A stretch of DNA of 64,000 bases from Vicinamibacterales bacterium (GTDB lineage Bacteria; Acidobacteriota; Vicinamibacteria; Vicinamibacterales; UBA8438): contig CALLXD010000024.1 in the NCBI GenBank assembly GCA_937766455.1, forward strand, positions 19,519 through 83,518, given 5' to 3'. Below are positions 56,989 to 64,000 of this stretch, one piece after another. The position numbers and the translations under genes are program-made. Position 1 is the stretch's first letter. The number at the start of each line of letters is the position of its first letter. The notes below the pieces were generated by a model. The model had not been told where the DNA came from. It did no database searches and saw only the letters and a program-made list of their open reading frames with translations.

Positions 56989-57698
56989 GAGCCCCCTAGC
57001 GTGGAGGACGAGGATACTGCGTTTCGACGGACCGTGGTGTGGACCCCGCTGCGACTGGCACGCGGTAAGAGAAACTGCCGCTCGTAGATGGTCCGCCCTT
57101 GGGTTCGATACTTTCGCTCGTACGTGGTGTGAATCGCTGTCTCGTCTTGATCGGTCGCGTTCGCGTTGGCGGCACGCAGCAGTTGGCCGCCGACGCTGCG
57201 CACGGCCTCCTCGGCAAACGCCACGAGTTCGGCATCGTCGGTCTTCAGGTGCACGGACCCGCCCGGCGCCAAGAGCCCGCGGTACCGTTCGAGGAACAGT
57301 GGTGAGACCAGCCGATGCTGGGTCTGGCGGCGTTTCGGCAGCGGGTCTGGGAATGGGATCCACAGGTCGGCGACCCGGCCGGGCGGGATGTGGCCCTCGA
57401 TGTCCTCGATCGGCGCACGCAGGAAGGCCGCGTTCGAGAGGCCTTCGTCGAGCGCGACGACCGCCCCGTTCCACAAACGACCACCATTTCGGTCGATCCC
57501 GAGAAAGCCCCGGTCTGGATGGCGGCGCGCCAACCCCAGCGTGTATTCGCCGCGCCCGCAGCCCAACTCAATCGTCACCGTCGACTGCGGCCCGAACACG
57601 TCGTCAAACCAGCCAGGTCGGTCGCGTCGCCCATCGATGACATTGGGCATGTTCTCAAGTGCCGCGAAGCGGACCAGTTTCTGTCGAGCCATCGCCAC
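56985..57698 (-). CDS. trmB: tRNA (guanine46-N7)-methyltransferase
   Basis: 237-aa ORF. Contains IELGCGRGEYTLGLARRHP...FLGID, WIPFPDP.PK.R..QHRL and GG..HLKTDD. Its stop overlaps the start of the epoxide hydrolase gene. Confidence 0.85.
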   Translation of the reverse strand: MAMARQKLVRFAALENMPNVIDGRRDRPGWFDDVFGPQSTVTIELGCGRGEYTLGLARRHPDRGFLGIDRNGGRLWNGAVVALDEGLSNAAFLRAPIEDIEGHIPPGRVADLWIPFPDPLPKRRQTQHRLVSPLFLERYRGLLAPGGSVHLKTDDAELVAFAEEAVRSVGGQLLRAANANATDQDETAIHTTYERKYRTQGRTIYERQFLLPRASRSGVHTTVRRNAVSSSSTLGGS

Positions 57699-57797
57699 GA
57701 GCGTAGTCTATCGAGACCCAAATGTGCGCGTGGCCGCGCGTGTATGATCGGGCAGCCCGGTCGTCGCACGCGGGCGAGAGCTGGAGGCTTACACGTG

Positions 57798-59324
57798 ATG
57801 CAGCGTCGAGAGTTTGTGCAACGCTCGTTCAGAGGCTCTCTCGGGGTGGGCGCGGCCGTGCTGTTGCCACGCCCCCTCTTCGCCAGGCAGTTGCCGGCCG
57901 ACATCACGACGCTGTCGGCCTCGGCGCTGTCGGCGGCTATCCGCGAGCGGCAGGTGAGTTGCCATGAGGTGATGGAGGCGTATCTCGCCCGAATCCACCG
58001 TTACAACCCCACCTACAACGCGGTGGTCAGCATGGTCGCGGACGACGCGCTGTTGGCGCAGGCCCGCGATGCGGACCAGGCTCTGTCGCGCGGGGAGTAT
58101 CGGGGCTGGATGCATGGGATGCCGCACGCGGTCAAGGACCTGGCCGCCGCCGCGGGGCTGCGCTACACGAATGGTTCGCCTCTCTACGCCGATCGTGTCG
58201 CCACGACAGACAGCCCGTTCGTCGCACGCATCCGAGCGCACGGCGCGATCTTTATCGGCAAGACCAACGCGCCCGAGTTTGGCCTCGGTTCTCAGTCCTA
58301 CAACCCGATATTCGGCGCCACGGGCAGTGCCTACAACCCCGCGCTGACCGCCGGCGGCAGTAGTGGCGGGGCAGCCAGCGGTCTGGGTACCCAGATGCTC
58401 CCGGTGGCGGATGGCAGTGACGCGATGGGCTCGCTGCGGAACCCCGGTGCGTTCAACAACGTGATCGGGTTCAGGCCCAGCCTGGGGCTGGTGGCCCCCG
58501 GTAATCCGCTGTCTCGCGGTTTGAGTACGTCCGGGCCGATGGGACGCAACACCGAAGATACGATTCGTCTACTGCACACGCTCGTCCCAGAGGCGGGCCT
58601 TGACCAGCCCATGGCGTTGCATCAGGTGTTGTCCGACGACGGTGAGTTCGACGCCGCAAGCCTGCGGGACATGAAGATCGGGTGGTTGGGGAATTACGAC
58701 AACTATCTGGCGATGGAGCCTGGCGTGCTGCGACTGTGTGAATCCAGTCTGGCCTCGGTGGCGACGGCCGGTGCAGTGGTGGAGCCTGCCCGTCCCGAGT
58801 TTGATATCTCTACGCTCTGGCAATGTTGGTTGCACCTGCGCCACTTGTCGCGCGTGGGGATGCAGCCGCTGTATCAGGACGCTGACACGCGCGCGTTGCT
58901 CAAGCCGGAACTGGCGTGGGAGATCGAAAATTCGCTGGCGCTCACCGGAAGCGACATCCAGGCGGCGAACAGCGTGCGAGCTGGTTGGTATCGAGCAATC
59001 GAACGGCTGTTCGAGACCTACGATCTACTCGCGCTCCCCACCGCGCAGGTCTTCCCTTTCTCCAAAGACGTGCATTGGCCAGACGAGATCGACGGGCACG
59101 CGATGGATACGTATCACCGCTGGATGGAGGTGGTCATCGGGGGGAGTCTGGCCGGCATACCGGTGGTGAACGTGCCGGCCGGCTTTGACGGCCAGGGCAG
59201 ACCCATGGGCATGCAAATCATGGGGCGATACGGCGATGACCGGAAGGTGCTGCAGTTCGCCAGGACCTACGAGTCCGTGACCGGTCACCTCGACCGTCGG
59301 CCGCGTATGATCGAGGGTGTGTAG
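57798..59324 (+). CDS. Amidase (amidase-signature family) with TAT-like leader
   Basis: ATG at 57798. Leader MQRREFVQRSFRGSLGVGAA. AS signature ...GGSSGGAASGL..., preceded by KDL...G..T.GS. Confidence 0.85.
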   Translation: MQRREFVQRSFRGSLGVGAAVLLPRPLFARQLPADITTLSASALSAAIRERQVSCHEVMEAYLARIHRYNPTYNAVVSMVADDALLAQARDADQALSRGEYRGWMHGMPHAVKDLAAAAGLRYTNGSPLYADRVATTDSPFVARIRAHGAIFIGKTNAPEFGLGSQSYNPIFGATGSAYNPALTAGGSSGGAASGLGTQMLPVADGSDAMGSLRNPGAFNNVIGFRPSLGLVAPGNPLSRGLSTSGPMGRNTEDTIRLLHTLVPEAGLDQPMALHQVLSDDGEFDAASLRDMKIGWLGNYDNYLAMEPGVLRLCESSLASVATAGAVVEPARPEFDISTLWQCWLHLRHLSRVGMQPLYQDADTRALLKPELAWEIENSLALTGSDIQAANSVRAGWYRAIERLFETYDLLALPTAQVFPFSKDVHWPDEIDGHAMDTYHRWMEVVIGGSLAGIPVVNVPAGFDGQGRPMGMQIMGRYGDDRKVLQFARTYESVTGHLDRRPRMIEGV

Positions 59325-59414
59325 GTGCGGCCCGGTGACGCCGACGTGACGTTGAGCGGCCCCGGAACGCGGCCCTCGCGGAGGCGGCGTTCATTCCCAG
59401 GGAGGTGTGTGGTG

Positions 59415-60563
59415 ATGCGTGTACTTCTTGCCGCCGTACTGGTTGTGCTCAGTGTGGCATTGACCCCGGCTCTGGCGCAGACGGTGCCTGAGCTCCCGTT
59501 CGAGTCGGTGCCCAATCCGTTGAAGTTGCCCAACGACATCCACTTCGGTGAAATCGCCGGCGTGGCGGTCAATTCAAGCGGGCATGTCTTCGTCTTCTCG
59601 CGCGGCAATTCGGTGGGGCCGTCCTATATGGCCACCGCGTCGCAGTTGCTCGAGTTCGATGCCAGCGGCAATTTCGTCCGCGAGATTGGGAAGAACCTGA
59701 ACGCGTGGTCCTACGCCCACGCCGTACGCATCGACCCACAGGACAATATCTGGGTGGTCGACAAGGGCTCGAACATGATTCTCCGCTTTACCCCGGAGGG
59801 GCACGTGGATTGGGTCTTTGGGCGCAAGGGCGAGGCGTCGCACCTCATCGTGCCTCCCGACTACCAGACCGTGATGGCCCGGCTCCTCGAGCGGGCGGGG
59901 GTGCCCGTGGACATTCCGGAAGAGAACAACCCGCGCTGGCCGCTTCCTGTGCATCGAGACAACGTCTTCAACCAGCCGACCGACGTCGCGTGGGATTCAC
60001 AGGGGAACTCCTATTTCAGCGATGGGTATATCAACTCGCGAGTGGGGAAGGCCAACGCGCGAGGGGAATGGGTGGCGAGCTGGGGCTCGCTTGGCAGCGG
60101 GCCCGGCCAGTTTGATACGCCACACGGCATTGCGGTCTCCCCAGAGGATGAGATCTTTGTGGCCGATCGCGGCAACCGGCGCGTGCAAGTGTTCGACCCC
60201 GACGGTACGTATCTGCGCGAATTCGTGGTGGACGTCCCGGTGGACACGACACGGGGCAAGATCGTCTACGGGCGTGAGACACCGAATGCAACGACGGGCT
60301 CTACGGCACCCGGGGCGCCCGACGCGTTGTGCATGACGCCCGGGCCCAACCCGGTGCTCTTTATCGGTGACATTTATCCGAGCCGCGTCTACAAAGTGTC
60401 CCTCCAGGGCGAGGTGCTGGGCGTGTACGGCCAACCCGGTCGAAACCTCGGCGAGTTTGGTTGGATTCATGGCATCGCGTGTCCATCCGAGGACGAGATC
60501 TGGGTGGCCGAGTTGATCAACTGGCGAGTGCAGAAGCTCGTGACGAAGGGCACGGACAACTAG
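59415..60563 (+). CDS. NHL-repeat six-bladed beta-propeller protein, secreted
   Basis: ATG at 59415 with signal peptide. NHL units (GVAVNSSGHVFVFSRG, AVRIDPQDNIWVVDKGSNMILRF, QFDTPHGIAVSPEDEIFVADRGNRRVQVFDPDG, IHGIACPSEDEIWVAE). Confidence 0.7.
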   Translation: MRVLLAAVLVVLSVALTPALAQTVPELPFESVPNPLKLPNDIHFGEIAGVAVNSSGHVFVFSRGNSVGPSYMATASQLLEFDASGNFVREIGKNLNAWSYAHAVRIDPQDNIWVVDKGSNMILRFTPEGHVDWVFGRKGEASHLIVPPDYQTVMARLLERAGVPVDIPEENNPRWPLPVHRDNVFNQPTDVAWDSQGNSYFSDGYINSRVGKANARGEWVASWGSLGSGPGQFDTPHGIAVSPEDEIFVADRGNRRVQVFDPDGTYLREFVVDVPVDTTRGKIVYGRETPNATTGSTAPGAPDALCMTPGPNPVLFIGDIYPSRVYKVSLQGEVLGVYGQPGRNLGEFGWIHGIACPSEDEIWVAELINWRVQKLVTKGTDN

Positions 60564-60626
60564 CCGTCGTTGAGCTGGCTTTGGTTGCTGGATGCGTGGT
60601 CGACGACGAAGGGAAGGGGAGCCAGC

Positions 60627-61457
60627 ATGCCGGATAAAGATGTCGCTGCACACTACGCGAGCGACGGATTGATCACCGCCATTCGGGACGGTCTTGGCAA
60701 GCTGGGAAAGACGCCGGCGACGGTGACGGTGGACGATCTGGCTCCGGTCGACGAGTTCCATATTGGCGGGCGCCAGGCATCGGAGGCGTTTCTCGATCAA
60801 CTCACGTTGACCCCGAGCCAGCGCGTGCTGGATATCGGGTGCGGCCTTGGCGGCACTGCGCGATTTGCCACGGAACGGTACGGTTGTTCCGTGACCGGTA
60901 TCGACCTCACCGGTGCATTCGTCGACACGGGAAAGGTCCTTTGCGACTGGGTCGGCCTAGGCGACCGTGTGTCGCTGCAGCAGGGGAGCGCGCTAGACAT
61001 GCCGTTCGAGTCGGATGCCTTCGATGCCGCGTACATGCTGCATGTGGGGATGAACATCGCCGACAAGCGTCAGCTGTGTGCCGACGTCTATCGCGTGCTT
61101 CGCCCCGGCGCGTGTTTCGGAATCTACGACCTGATGCGGACGGGAGCGGGCGAGTTGCGGTACCCCGTGCCCTGGGCGTCGGTGCCTGAAACCAGCGCCC
61201 TGGCTGCGCCGGACGAGTACCAGGAGGCCCTGGAGTCGGCGGGGTTCACGCTCACCGCCGAGCGCGATCGGCGTGACGTCGCTCTCGAATTTTTTGCCAA
61301 CCTCAGAGCGCGCACGATGGGCGCCGGTGGTCCCGCGCCTCTTGGCTTGCACGTCCTGATGGGGGACACCACGCCGCTGAAAATAGCCAACATGGTTGCC
61401 GGCATCTCCAGCGGGACGCTGGCCCCGGTGGAACTTGTGACTCGCAAAGCAGGCTAG
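60627..61457 (+). CDS. Class I SAM-dependent methyltransferase
   Basis: ATG at 60627. Motif I VLDIGCGLGGTARF. Post-I VTGIDL. Also FDAAYMLHVGMNI and LRPGACFGIYD. Confidence 0.75.
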   Translation: MPDKDVAAHYASDGLITAIRDGLGKLGKTPATVTVDDLAPVDEFHIGGRQASEAFLDQLTLTPSQRVLDIGCGLGGTARFATERYGCSVTGIDLTGAFVDTGKVLCDWVGLGDRVSLQQGSALDMPFESDAFDAAYMLHVGMNIADKRQLCADVYRVLRPGACFGIYDLMRTGAGELRYPVPWASVPETSALAAPDEYQEALESAGFTLTAERDRRDVALEFFANLRARTMGAGGPAPLGLHVLMGDTTPLKIANMVAGISSGTLAPVELVTRKAG

Positions 61458-61612
61458 GCGGCGCCGCGTCGCTGTGTGTCTGTCACCTACCCAAAGCCAT
61501 GGCCTCGCGTGTTCCACCTAGCCAGGTCGTCGTACGACTGACCGGAGCACCTGATACGCACCGCTCGCTTGGCGGGGGTGTTGATCTGCCTAACCTGGAG
61601 TCCCCGGTATGC

Positions 61613-62182
61613 TTACTGTTGTACCCCTTTGCACCCGCCAGAATTCGAGCGCGTATCGGCTCGCTGCGTGCCGAGTATGTTGGGCGCTGGGAAGGCAGCG
61701 TCAATGAGCTCTCGCAACGCGTGGCCTCGTGGTAGCGGCTCCGGCCAATTGGCACGTGCTCTGCGTGGGGTCGGTGTGAACGTGCGGTCGCGCTGCGGTG
61801 GGTCTGCTGTCGGCTGCGCCCGGGGCGGTTCGGGAGGTGGCTCCGGTGCCGTTGCTCCGGCTATTTCAGCGGGCGCCGCCGCCACTGGTTGCGGTTGAGC
61901 GTCGCGGCGCGCCAGTTCCTCCTCTAGCATGCGGACCCGATCGCTCAGGCGTGCCACCGTCGCAGCCAATTCGGACGCATCTTCGGGTGTTGGTGCTTCA
62001 GGCCTCGACGCGGCAATCTCTGCGAGCTGTTCTTCTGGTGGCAATTGCGTCGCGGCTAGGGGATCAAGCGCTGCGACTGTTGGCGTGGGCTCTGCGTTTG
62101 TTGCGAGCCCGGCCGGTGGGGCTGGCGAGCAGGCAGCACCGAACAGGACGGCCACGACGAATCCGGACGCGATCCTTCTCAT
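61613..62182 (-). CDS. Pro/Ala-rich putative lipoprotein (low-complexity, hypothetical)
   Basis: 189-aa ORF. Leader MRRIASGFVVAVLFGAAC (lipobox-like). Short coiled-coil-like RLSDRVRMLEEELARR. The rest is low-complexity, and the 3' extent is doubtful. Confidence 0.35.
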   Translation of the reverse strand: MRRIASGFVVAVLFGAACSPAPPAGLATNAEPTPTVAALDPLAATQLPPEEQLAEIAASRPEAPTPEDASELAATVARLSDRVRMLEEELARRDAQPQPVAAAPAEIAGATAPEPPPEPPRAQPTADPPQRDRTFTPTPRRARANWPEPLPRGHALRELIDAAFPAPNILGTQRADTRSNSGGCKGVQQ

Positions 62183-62541
62183 GCAACCTCCCCGTCCGAA
62201 TTCTAGTGCGGTGACCGTGCCAGACTACCCCACCCGCCGCCCAAGCGCGACCACGTGCCGTGGAAGCTCCAGCGAGACGGCGCGCCAGAGCAGTATCTGG
62301 AGATCTACCTGAATGAGGCGCGGGATCCGATGACGCGGCCGGGGCGCAGTCGCGGGGGGCGCAGTCGCAGCCACCGAACGGATCGGTCCAGCCCCCAGAG
62401 GGGACCCGAATAGGACGTCGCGATTCGACCGCTATGCGGCGACCGACGAAGAGGATGCGCCCTGCCTGGCGGCGCATCGCCGAAGCCGTGGGCTCCCGAG
62501 CCCTGTTGATCCAAGCATGCGACTGAGTTCCGTCCAACAGG

Positions 62542-63948
62542 CTAGCAGCCCGTGGTAGAAGCACCGCTTCGTAAATCGAGAGATAGGTGTTCGTGACACC
62601 CAGTCATCAGGTCGATAGCGAAGGAAGTCGGCGGATCTGGCGTCTCAAGCGGCCCGGCGGGCCAGACCCGGGTCCAGAGGCGGCTGAGCGTGGCGATCAC
62701 GGCGGCGAACGCCGCCCCCGTGCGGCCCTGGAGGCTCCGCGGCGTCCCCACCCCGGACAGCTGCCGCAGGAGCAGCCCGAGGTTGAACCCGCAGACCTGG
62801 ACGAGCAGACGCGTGAGGATGTTGGGGTGGCCCCGGAGATGCACGCGACGCATCCCGCCCGTCTCGTAGAGATGCGCGTTGGGGCGTTCGAGCCGCTCGC
62901 CGCGCTGCCGCAACAGCCGCTTCCCGCGCACCCCGCGGATCCGCCGGCGGTTGGCATACACCGCCTGCTTGGCCGCCGCCTGGCCCGTCCAGTTGCGCCG
63001 CCCGCGATCCGGCTCCGACACGTAACTGCGCACCCCCATGTCAGCAAACTCGACCAGCGTCTGATTGCTGTGGTACCCCTTGTCGGCGACGACCTCGGCG
63101 AGCCCGGTGGGCGCGACCTCCACCAGCTGGTCCGCGGCCACGGTGAGGGTCTCGACCAGGGAGGTGGTGTCGCCCGCGTCGGCGTCCTGCACCGTGATGC
63201 CCACGATGGCCCCGGTCTCCAGGTCGACCGCGTGCTCGGCTTTGTGCGCCAGATGCGTGCGGCCGTCCTTCATCTTGGTGATCTTGGCGTCGGGATCGTT
63301 GGGATGGGTCCAGTCGTCGTTGGACCCCTTCTTCTTCCGCGTCCGATCGAACCGGGCCAGCTCCGCGCGGGTCGGCGTCGTGATCCCGGAGGCCTCGGCG
63401 AGGCGGGTCAACCACGCGTCATACCCTTCGCCGGTCTCCCGCCGCACGATGCTCCGCATCGCCGCGTTCGCTTCCAGCGTCGTCGCGTCGATCCCGATCG
63501 TGTACCCCTGCACCAGCTGGGCGTCCGCCAAGCGCTGCAACACCCACGTGAACACCGCCTGATGCGTCTCGAGGTCGATCAAGCGACGGGTGCGGGACAG
63601 CGTAGAGTGGTCCGGCGGCGCCTCGTGCAGCCCGAAATCCAGAAAGGTGCGGATACTCAGCGAATCGGCCGCCCGCCAGGCGATCGCGCGTTCCGAGTCC
63701 AAACCTTCGAAGTACCCCAGCAGCAGCCGCCGGAAATACCGCCCCGGCGCCAGACTCGGCCGGCCCCGCGTCGCGGCATAGAACGGCGCGCACTGGCCCT
63801 CGACGAAGACATCACAGCCCGCGTCGTCCAGCAGGCGGTTCAGTCGCTCGTAGAACGGGTGCCCGGCACTCCGCGGCAGATCCCCCGTCGCGACCCACAG
63901 GCTCGCCTGTCGGTCGCGTTTCCCCTTCGTTCCCATCGCCATGCACAC
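62542..63948 (-). mobile_element. IS5/IS1182-like DDE transposase gene (IS ends not identified; element probably runs past the window edge)
   Basis: 468-aa ORF. N-terminal SLWVATGDLPRSAGHPFYERLNRLLD and SERAIAWRAADSLSIRTFLDF, then IDATTLEANAAMRS, VVADKGYHS and a C-terminal RLERPNAHLYETGGMRR.HLRG. This layout is typical of IS1182/IS5-group transposases. Confidence 0.8.
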
Positions 63949-64000
63949 GAGTGTAGTACGCAGGATCGATCGTGTCGATCCCTATAACGAAGGACTTTCA

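Noticed and set aside
61457-61613. Intergenic stretch with a CCAGGTCGTCGTACGACTGACCGG hairpin that superficially recalls the SRP RNA helix
   Set aside because: It lacks the conserved GGAA/AGCA motifs and overall length and symmetry of 4.5S/SRP RNA. I could not fit any known ncRNA or tRNA cloverleaf. It is left unannotated.
62587-63987. 466-aa plus-strand ORF overlapping the transposase
   Set aside because: It is antisense to an ORF with a recognisable IS5/IS1182-type transposase sequence. The plus-strand translation is low-complexity and Arg/Pro/Gly-rich.
1-64000. Search for rRNA, tRNA and CRISPR arrays
   Set aside because: I saw no cloverleaf-compatible segments with T-loop GTTCGA/GTTCAA-type motifs outside coding regions, no rRNA-like conserved blocks, and no regularly spaced direct repeats of 24-40 bp. 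The intergenic gaps are short.

Overview
High-GC bacterial chromosomal segment with about 50 protein-coding genes. I recognised no rRNA, tRNA or CRISPR array. Housekeeping genes: korAB 2-oxoacid:ferredoxin oxidoreductase, panE-like reductase, class I DAHP synthase, ftsH, trmB. These are interleaved with many signal-peptide or TAT-bearing hydrolases: GH92 mannosidase, tannase/feruloyl esterase, PSMA-like M28 peptidase, amidohydrolases, amidase, epoxide hydrolase, B3 metallo-beta-lactamase fold, class-C-like serine hydrolase. There is an unusually dense set of periplasmic redox proteins: five PQQ-type dehydrogenases, three cupredoxin domains and one dihaem cytochrome c. The gene content (DUF1552, DUF1800/DUF1501, TolB-N-like domains, GH92, high GC) suggests an Acidobacteriota- or Gemmatimonadota-like soil bacterium, but this is inference only. 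Most interesting observations: (1) two tandem PQQ beta-propeller dehydrogenases each fused to a C-terminal amicyanin-like cupredoxin domain whose axial Met position is Ala; (2) a five-member paralogous family of secreted proteins of unknown function (invariant PD[LI]QG ... W[ED]GDTLVV ... E[YF]ACHEGN), four of them adjacent to cupredoxin, PQQ or cytochrome c genes; (3) two methanol/ethanol-family PQQ dehydrogenases carrying the D-x-D signature associated with lanthanide-dependent enzymes, one lacking the vicinal Cys-Cys and one translationally coupled to a dihaem cytochrome c; (4) eleven reading-frame interruptions in seven otherwise well-conserved genes, ten of which behave as single-base insertions (artefact versus pseudogenisation is unresolved) and one of which looks like an internal deletion of about 1 kb; (5) an IS5/IS1182-like transposase at the right edge. 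All calls come from manual reading of the ORF translations and local DNA. Start codons are judgement calls, and no database search was run.
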